This document shows positions 22,255 through 28,076 of a stretch of DNA of 28,076 nt, one piece after another; positions within the stretch are counted from its first letter, which is position 1; each line of letters begins with the position of its first letter. The stretch is from Nitrososphaerota archaeon (GTDB lineage: Archaea; Thermoproteota; Nitrososphaeria_A; Caldarchaeales; Calditenuaceae), in NCBI GenBank assembly GCA_038741355.1, contig JAVYLC010000019.1:1-28076 (forward strand). The letters run 5' to 3'. Below the pieces are notes generated by a model. It worked only from the letters and a program-made list of their open reading frames with translations. It did no database searches and was not told the DNA's origin. A program made the position numbers and the translations under genes.

Positions 22255-23970
22255 TTATGATAAGGTATTGAGGAGGACCTCTGATAGCTCGCTGATAGTG
22301 ACCACTCCTCTCAAGTTGATCGCTCTAGCTAGGAGTGTTGATTGGAGTGGTACAAATCCATGCTCTTCTAGCCACTCGCTATCGCTTAACACTTCCCTCA
22401 TGCTGCCCGTACGTGTAATGGTGCCCTCCTCGAGCACCACTACTCTATCCGCTACCTCGCTTATCAATTGTAAATCATGCGCCACCAGTACTACTGTGTT
22501 CCCCTCTGTAACGTATCTTTTCAAAGCCTTGAGTAGTTGCAGGCTTCTCTTGTAGTCTAGGCCTGAGAAGGGCTCATCTAATATTAGTACTCTTGGCCTC
22601 ATGGCCAGTATTGAGGCTATAGCAAGTCTATGCTTCTCCCCAAAACTGAGGAGATGTGGAGGAAGGTTAAGTGGCTTGGCCAGATCTACTGATTTGAAGG
22701 CCTCGCTTATCCTACTCTCGATCTCTCTTCTGTCTAAACCCATCTTCCTGAGTGCGAAACTCACCTCTTCATATATGGTGCTCGCGAAGAACTGTGAGTC
22801 TGGATTTTGCATAACCATGCCAACGACTCTGGAAAGTTTCGACATGGGGGTTTTCCTAGTGTCGCGGCCAGCAACTACCACCTCGCCTCTCAAAGGCTTT
22901 AAAAGACCGTTAAAGTGCTTAACCAGCGTTGTCTTACCAGCCCCGCTATGCCCAATTATTGCCAAGAATTCACCTTTGTAAACCTCTAAACTCACGCCTC
23001 TGAGGACCCAGGGCAAGTTTTTTCCGTATCTAAACCAAAGGTCTCTAACACTAACTACCACATCGAGGCCATGACCGGCCTCCAGTGCTATTCCAGGCGT
23101 AGTATCTGGAGATCTTAAGCTAGCTTTCATGTTTGACACGATCTCTAGAGCCTCTCCTAAAGTTATGGGGATTCTCCTTCCGAGCTCAGGACTTCTCTCA
23201 CCCAATCTATAGAATATCTCTGAAACTTGTGGAGGCCTCACACCGACCTCAGAAACCGTCTTCACATCCCTAAAGACTTCCTTCGGCGCCCCACTCTTCA
23301 CAATCTCGCCGTCCCTCATAATGATTATTCTATCGGCATGCTCTGCTATCCACTCAATCCTATGCTCTGCTATAATTAGTGTTAGATTCATTTCCCTTTT
23401 GAGTCTCTCAGCCAAGCCCAGTATTCTGGCAGTCCCTTTATGATCCAGCATAGATGTCGGCTCATCTAAAAGGAGTATCTTTGGCTTTAGCGCAAGAGCC
23501 GAGGCTATCGCGAGCACCTGCTTATCTCCCGGATTTAGGGAGCGGGTGTCCTCAAACTCTCTACCCCTAAATCCTATGAAGCCGAGTATGTCATCTACCC
23601 TCCGCCGAATCTCTTCTCTATCTAACGCAATATTCTCCAAACCAAATACTAGCTCCTCAATAACAGTTGGCATGATCACCTGTAGCTCCGGGTTCTGAAA
23701 GACGAAGCTCACCCTCCTGCTAAGCTCTAGCGGGCTAGTTGTCTGGATGTCCATGCCTAGAACCTCTACATTTCCACGAATCACGCCACTTATCATGTGA
23801 GGTATCATCCCGACAAGCGTGTAGAGGAGGGTAGACTTGCCACACCCCGAAGGGCCCATTATCACTACCGTTTCCCCCTCCTCAACTACTAGATTCAAAT
23901 CCTTTAGAATCCAGTCTTCACTAGCACTGTACTTGAACCATAGATCCTTTACGGATACCACGGGTGGCAT
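22255..23970 (-). CDS. ECF transporter fused double ATPase (EcfA-EcfA', CbiO-like)
   Basis: It has two ABC cassettes: Walker A GPSGCGKST and GHSGAGKTT, signatures LNPGDKQ and LSFGEKH, and Walker B LLLDEP and LILDEP. I chose the start at the internal Met (MPPVVSVKDL), 5 nt after the ecfT stop. Confidence 0.85.
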   Translation of the reverse strand: MPPVVSVKDLWFKYSASEDWILKDLNLVVEEGETVVIMGPSGCGKSTLLYTLVGMIPHMISGVIRGNVEVLGMDIQTTSPLELSRRVSFVFQNPELQVIMPTVIEELVFGLENIALDREEIRRRVDDILGFIGFRGREFEDTRSLNPGDKQVLAIASALALKPKILLLDEPTSMLDHKGTARILGLAERLKREMNLTLIIAEHRIEWIAEHADRIIIMRDGEIVKSGAPKEVFRDVKTVSEVGVRPPQVSEIFYRLGERSPELGRRIPITLGEALEIVSNMKASLRSPDTTPGIALEAGHGLDVVVSVRDLWFRYGKNLPWVLRGVSLEVYKGEFLAIIGHSGAGKTTLVKHFNGLLKPLRGEVVVAGRDTRKTPMSKLSRVVGMVMQNPDSQFFASTIYEEVSFALRKMGLDRREIESRISEAFKSVDLAKPLNLPPHLLSFGEKHRLAIASILAMRPRVLILDEPFSGLDYKRSLQLLKALKRYVTEGNTVVLVAHDLQLISEVADRVVVLEEGTITRTGSMREVLSDSEWLEEHGFVPLQSTLLARAINLRGVVTISELSEVLLNTLS

Positions 23971-23975
23971 GACCT

Positions 23976-24785
23976 TTATCCCCTGAAGTAGTAGTAGGTG
24001 GAGAAGCCAGAAAGTTTGAGCAGTATCAACCACGCGTAAACAACTGTGAGCACTAATAGTGCGGCAACATCTTTTCTACCCCATCTCGGGGCGAAGTAGA
24101 AGGTTCTTACACGGCTAGCGCCGAATCCACGGACGCTTAACACCGTGCTCAGATCCCATGCATAGCCCATCATCCTGATTATGAGCGGAACAAATATGGG
24201 GACTACATATACCATTTTTTTGACAGGGTTTTTCGAATCTATCTCTAAACCCCTAGCCTTCTGGACATCAATTATGTTCTTTATCTCGCTAAAGGTGAGG
24301 GGGAGCAGGCCCAGTGCCAGCGTGAACATAAACCCGGCCTTATATGGTAGTCCCGACTTTACCGCGACATACTGAAGGTCATACATCTTTGTGGTTGTCA
24401 CGACAAGCAAAAAGGCTGTGATAGGGTTAACGATAAGAAAAAATTTTCCAGTAGCTACGAGCAGGCCCACATCGGTCAGTTTGATGTTTGCGAGTGGAAA
24501 AGTAGCAACGTATATGCCTACATCCTGATACATAGAGGCCCAAATAAGTATCGTTATGAGAAAGAATATGGCACTATATATGATAGTTAGGGTGGCCCTT
24601 AGGATGGATATTTTCGCAAGCACTAAACCTATTATAAGTGATAGGTAAACAAATACTGAGACAGAACCATCCCACTGCGATGCTATAGAGGTCGCGAATG
24701 CTAGGAGAAACCATGCTAATTTAACTTCAGGGTGAAGCTTATGGATCGGAGAATCCCTCGGCAGATAAAGTCCGGTGAAAGACAT
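23976..24785 (-). CDS. ecfT: ECF transporter transmembrane (T) component, CbiQ family
   Basis: 269 aa, polytopic. It has the conserved QKARG motif (IIDVQKARGLE) and sits directly upstream of the ATPase gene. Confidence 0.75.
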   Translation of the reverse strand: MSFTGLYLPRDSPIHKLHPEVKLAWFLLAFATSIASQWDGSVSVFVYLSLIIGLVLAKISILRATLTIIYSAIFFLITILIWASMYQDVGIYVATFPLANIKLTDVGLLVATGKFFLIVNPITAFLLVVTTTKMYDLQYVAVKSGLPYKAGFMFTLALGLLPLTFSEIKNIIDVQKARGLEIDSKNPVKKMVYVVPIFVPLIIRMMGYAWDLSTVLSVRGFGASRVRTFYFAPRWGRKDVAALLVLTVVYAWLILLKLSGFSTYYYFRG

Positions 24786-24894
24786 TTACGGACCCCGCAA
24801 CTCAATGCCAAACTGCTCACTAATATATATTAAGTGTTTGAAGAGGTTGTCGGAAATTTTTCCATTATGCATCTAGGCATTGCGGTTACGTTTG

Positions 24895-25914
24895 TTATGG
24901 TATAAGGTGTATCTTAACCTCGCCTTTATCGAGGCTCTTCTCCATCGCTTCGGGCCCCCTTTCTAGAGGGTATTCTGATGTGACAAGCCTCTCCACGGGG
25001 ACTAGTCTCCTCCGCATAATGTCTATAGCCTTCTCAAATGGGCCGCACCTACTCCCGGCTACGGTAACCTCGTCTACCACAAGTTTGGTTAGGTCTATTG
25101 TAGCGGGGATGCCATGTGTAGACTTGAGGGCTATTATACCGCGAGGCCTCACAATCTCTACTGCTTCTCGGAATCCCTGTATGGTGCCGGAAGCCTCTAC
25201 AACGTAGTCAAACCCTAAGCCCTCCGGTGTCAGAGTCTTAATCTCATCACTTAGCTCATTCGCTGAGAAGGTGTGGTGGGCTCCCATTTCCCTGGCTATC
25301 CCCTTCTTCGGGGACTCCGCCTCTGTCACGGCTACTAGGAGTCTCGGCTCGCAGGTCTCCGAAATGAGTCGTATCGCTAATAGGCCGATGGTACCAACAC
25401 CGATGACCGCTATGTTGGAGCTTCGAGGTGGAGGCGCCAGCTCAAGCATCTCAACCACGGCCGCTAGCGGCTCTATAAAGGCAGCCTGTGTGGGCGTTAG
25501 GTCGTCAACCACGTGAACAATGTCCACCCTGCTTTTCACGTATTCAGCGAAACCGCCATCTATGGATATGCCGATCGTTTCCCGGTAGGGGCAGTGTGTT
25601 GGAAGACCGTTTCTACAATACCAGCAATTACCACAGTTAAGATTTATTTCTGTGACCACCCTCGAACCTATTAAAGCCCTCGCCTCTTCAGAGCCGCCAC
25701 CGGCCTCCACGACCGTACCAGTTACCTCATGCCCCAAGATTAAGGGGAGCTTGCGGGGCCTATACGTCCCCTTATACAGAGCCTTATCTGTACCGCAAAT
25801 TCCGGCCCTCTCGACCCTGATAAGCACCTCCCCTCTGCCCAACTTAGGCTCAGGAGCCTCCTCTACTCTGAGATCGCGTGGCGAATAGAGTCGAATCACC
25901 TTCAAGCCATACAC
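24895..25914 (-). CDS. Zinc-dependent medium-chain dehydrogenase (threonine/sorbitol/alcohol dehydrogenase-like)
   Basis: 339 aa. It has the catalytic zinc motifs GICGTDKALYKG and GHEVTGTVVEAG, the structural zinc cluster CGNCWYCRNGLPTHC, and the Rossmann motif VIGVGTIGL. Confidence 0.85.
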   Translation of the reverse strand: MYGLKVIRLYSPRDLRVEEAPEPKLGRGEVLIRVERAGICGTDKALYKGTYRPRKLPLILGHEVTGTVVEAGGGSEEARALIGSRVVTEINLNCGNCWYCRNGLPTHCPYRETIGISIDGGFAEYVKSRVDIVHVVDDLTPTQAAFIEPLAAVVEMLELAPPPRSSNIAVIGVGTIGLLAIRLISETCEPRLLVAVTEAESPKKGIAREMGAHHTFSANELSDEIKTLTPEGLGFDYVVEASGTIQGFREAVEIVRPRGIIALKSTHGIPATIDLTKLVVDEVTVAGSRCGPFEKAIDIMRRRLVPVERLVTSEYPLERGPEAMEKSLDKGEVKIHLIP

Positions 25915-25953
25915 ACCCGCCTACACTCTTCTTGGAGCATGTTCTGCCACTCG

Positions 25954-26691
25954 TTAGAGAGAATTAAGGTTTAAGGGTGTTTTGATGATAGTCCTCAGCA
26001 CCGGCTCTGCCACCCTTCTAACACTCTCTTCCAGTTCTCCGGCGAGAAGAAAACCGGTCTGCTTGACTAAGGAGTTGCTGACTAAAAGGGCCGATACCAC
26101 CCTCACCCTCTTCAAAAATCCTAAACTGTAGAGGATCGCGGTCTCCATGTCCACCGCCACAGCCCCTCTCCTCAACCACTTATCCACGAAGCCCTTCTCC
26201 GTATAGAAGGCGTCGCAACTAACTATTGGCGCTACTACATGCCTAATACCCGCTGCCCGGATCTCGCTGACTAGGCTCTCCAAAAGTTGGAAGTCTGGGG
26301 CCGCTGCCAGACAGACAGGCTCGCCGAGATATTGGTGGAATATTCCACCTAAATAGTAGCTCGCACAATGTGGAATAACTACGTCGCCAACTTCTAGCCC
26401 GCCCACCATCGCCCCACACGTCCCGAGCCTAACTATCACTCGGGCCCCAAGCATGACTAGTTCCTCTAAAATCAGGGCTGCAGAGCCTGAACCGACACCG
26501 TGTACAGCCAGGCTGACAGGCACGCCACGATAATTGCCAGTGTAAACATAGTATTCTCTAATCCTGCTCACTAATCGGGGCTCCTCTAAGAATTTTTTTA
26601 AGAACTTGACGCGTGCAGGGTCTCCTGCAACAACAACCCTTTCAGCTATGTCCTCTTTTCTCTCAACCCTGATGTGGAATGGCCCACCCAT
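25954..26691 (-). CDS. Nucleoside phosphorylase (PNP/UDP family 1; purine or uridine phosphorylase)
   Basis: 245 aa. It has VAGDPARV, HGVGSGSAALILEEL, RLGTCGA and VDMETAILYSL, which are typical family-1 motifs. Confidence 0.8.
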   Translation of the reverse strand: MGGPFHIRVERKEDIAERVVVAGDPARVKFLKKFLEEPRLVSRIREYYVYTGNYRGVPVSLAVHGVGSGSAALILEELVMLGARVIVRLGTCGAMVGGLEVGDVVIPHCASYYLGGIFHQYLGEPVCLAAAPDFQLLESLVSEIRAAGIRHVVAPIVSCDAFYTEKGFVDKWLRRGAVAVDMETAILYSLGFLKRVRVVSALLVSNSLVKQTGFLLAGELEESVRRVAEPVLRTIIKTPLNLNSL

Positions 26692-26766
26692 CTGTCAGCT
26701 CAACTAAATATAACTGATTTATTTAGAATTCTCCACCCTACTGCGCAACCCCTAATCGTAGTCGGG

Positions 26767-26818
26767 TTTTATCAACTATGTATCAAATTTTTAACTTTTT
26801 ATCAACTATGTATCAAAT
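26767..26818. promoter_or_regulatory. Two perfect 22-bp direct repeats (candidate operator) in a divergent intergenic region
   Basis: TTTTATCAACTATGTATCAAAT occurs at 26767-26788 and again at 26797-26818, a period of 30 bp. Each unit contains ATCAA twice, 12 bp apart. It lies between the phosphorylase start (26691, minus strand) and the membrane-protein gene (26918, plus strand). Confidence 0.55.
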
Positions 26819-26917
26819 ACGCCCTCCTTCTCCGCATTTCTGGGCGCATTACAGGCTGAGAATGGGTAAATAAAACAAAAATGCTATATATGACCAAAAT
26901 AATGTCTTTCCGAAAGC

Positions 26918-27196
26918 ATGTTAGACCAATATCTCTCCCTATCAATTATGGGGGTAGCTATGCTGGCTATCGGTTCCGTCCTCATCGCGACTAAGAGGAG
27001 GATAGGCGGACTTATTACACTGATAGGTGCCCTCTGGATTCTTACGATGGGTATATACTACGCGTTTCAGTATTCGAGGATTTACGAGACAGGCCTCTAC
27101 CCGGTTGCAAACGTAGTGGGTGTGATAATCCTGATCGTGGGGATAGGCACTGTGCTGTTCTACTGGACCCGGATAGGCTTGTTGAAGAAGAGGTGA
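26918..27196 (+). CDS. Small integral membrane protein (about 3 TM helices)
   Basis: 92 aa, strongly hydrophobic. It ends 6 nt before the next gene, so it is probably co-transcribed. Confidence 0.5.
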   Translation: MLDQYLSLSIMGVAMLAIGSVLIATKRRIGGLITLIGALWILTMGIYYAFQYSRIYETGLYPVANVVGVIILIVGIGTVLFYWTRIGLLKKR

Positions 27197-27202
27197 GGGC
27201 TT

Positions 27203-28048
27203 ATGTCTACGTCTGCCAAGGGAGCTGGCCCGGCCTTATGGGCTCTGGCCTTCATCATCGCGGCACTCTTCATAGCTCTAATCTTCTACATAGGATTCGA
27301 TATTTTAGTGAAAGGGCTTGATAAACCCGAGCAGTGGCTGGTAACCCAGCCACTAGTCTTGCTTGGTAGAGAAGCCCTATTCGCCATCAGCGGGATTTTA
27401 TGGGTCGCCGGCACGATACTCTTCTTCATGGAGTTAAGCGGGTGGACGCTTAAGCGTCTTAGACCGACTAGGCAGGTCATTAAGTGGGATGCTATAGACG
27501 TTTCAATAACCGCGCTAACAGCTGCTGTCTATGGAGGAGCACTGGCAGTAACGGGAGGAATTCCCATAATTCCGGGATTCACGTGGGTTAGACCTGCCAA
27601 TGCATTAGCGCCCCTATTTGGCATTCTCTTCGGAATACCTGGTGCTGTAGGAACGTCTATCGGCAATTTCATAGCAGACGCGTTGGCAGGCTATCTGAGC
27701 GTGGGTAGCATAGGCGGCTTCGTAGGAAACTTCATAATCGCTTACGTTCCCTATAAACTAATGAGAGACCACACGTTTAGGACTCCGAGAAGTATAGTCG
27801 AGTTTTATGTATGGGGGGTTTTGGTCTCCAGTGTATGGTGCTCTTTGTACATCTCCTGGTGGCTGGACGTGGCCGAGCCTGTCATAGGATTGCCTAAACA
27901 GTTCGTCTGGGGTTTCTTCGCCCCATGGGTTATATTCAACAACGCCTTCATAACAGCTATAGTAACACCAATACTTGGCTTCATCCTATACCCACCCATA
28001 AAGGCTCGTGGACTTTACTGGGCGGACAGGTTAAAGATAATCGCCTAG
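27203..28048 (+). CDS. Polytopic membrane protein, possibly an ECF S-component/QueT-like substrate-binding subunit
   Basis: 281 aa. The block VRPANALAPLFGILFGIPGAVGTSIGNFIADALAG resembles the conserved loop of ECF S-components and QueT-type proteins. The assignment is tentative. Confidence 0.4.
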   Translation: MSTSAKGAGPALWALAFIIAALFIALIFYIGFDILVKGLDKPEQWLVTQPLVLLGREALFAISGILWVAGTILFFMELSGWTLKRLRPTRQVIKWDAIDVSITALTAAVYGGALAVTGGIPIIPGFTWVRPANALAPLFGILFGIPGAVGTSIGNFIADALAGYLSVGSIGGFVGNFIIAYVPYKLMRDHTFRTPRSIVEFYVWGVLVSSVWCSLYISWWLDVAEPVIGLPKQFVWGFFAPWVIFNNAFITAIVTPILGFILYPPIKARGLYWADRLKIIA

Positions 28049-28076
28049 CCAAAGCCAGCCCAATATACTCTTTTTT

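Noticed and set aside
22115-22981. Plus-strand ORFs 22115-22555 and 22601-22981
   Set aside because: They are antisense to the double ABC ATPase gene.
26767-26818. A mini-CRISPR array
   Set aside because: There are only two repeat units, the spacer between them is 8 bp, and no cas genes or leader are present. It fits an operator better. No CRISPR array is present anywhere in the window.

Overview
The window looks like archaeal chromosome, probably a crenarchaeote of the Thermofilum/Thermoproteales type. The evidence is TFS, RpoL, exosome Csl4 and archaeal-type PGK genes, AT-rich TATA boxes about 25-30 nt upstream of starts, and tRNA genes with short introns at non-canonical positions. The housekeeping content is: thrC and glmS; a hydrogenase island (hypA, an Mrp-type ATPase, then a translationally coupled group-3b-like [NiFe] sulfhydrogenase operon beta/cNMP-binding protein/gamma/delta/alpha/protease); tmk; csl4-rpoL-tfs; a DUF541/SIMPL-like protein; a citramalate/isopropylmalate synthase; gap-pgk; an ECF transporter A-A/T module; a Zn-ADH; a nucleoside phosphorylase; and two membrane proteins. 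Five intact tRNA genes are present: Ala-CGC, Arg-CCT, His-GTG, Pro-TGG and Arg-TCG. There are also two tRNA-derived oddities, an orphan 5' half and a 50-nt three-armed tRNA-like element. Two accessory signals stand out. (1) A family of mostly decayed LAGLIDADG-type homing-endonuclease-like genes recurs in the window. Each copy converges on the 3' end of a different tRNA(-like) gene through a conserved G-rich junction sequence. One instance is a perfect 39-bp inverted repeat flush against tRNA-Pro and tRNA-Arg(TCG). (2) A short, divergent IS110-family-like (DEDD/Ser recombinase-like) ORF lies in a roughly 1.34-kb segment bracketed by an 11-bp direct repeat. The left repeat copy is inside the orphan tRNA 5' half. 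The right copy is displayed in the loop of a 14-bp stem just after the ORF. A roughly 510-nt ORF-poor leader precedes the ORF. All protein calls rest on motif recognition by eye; no database search, folding or statistics could be run.
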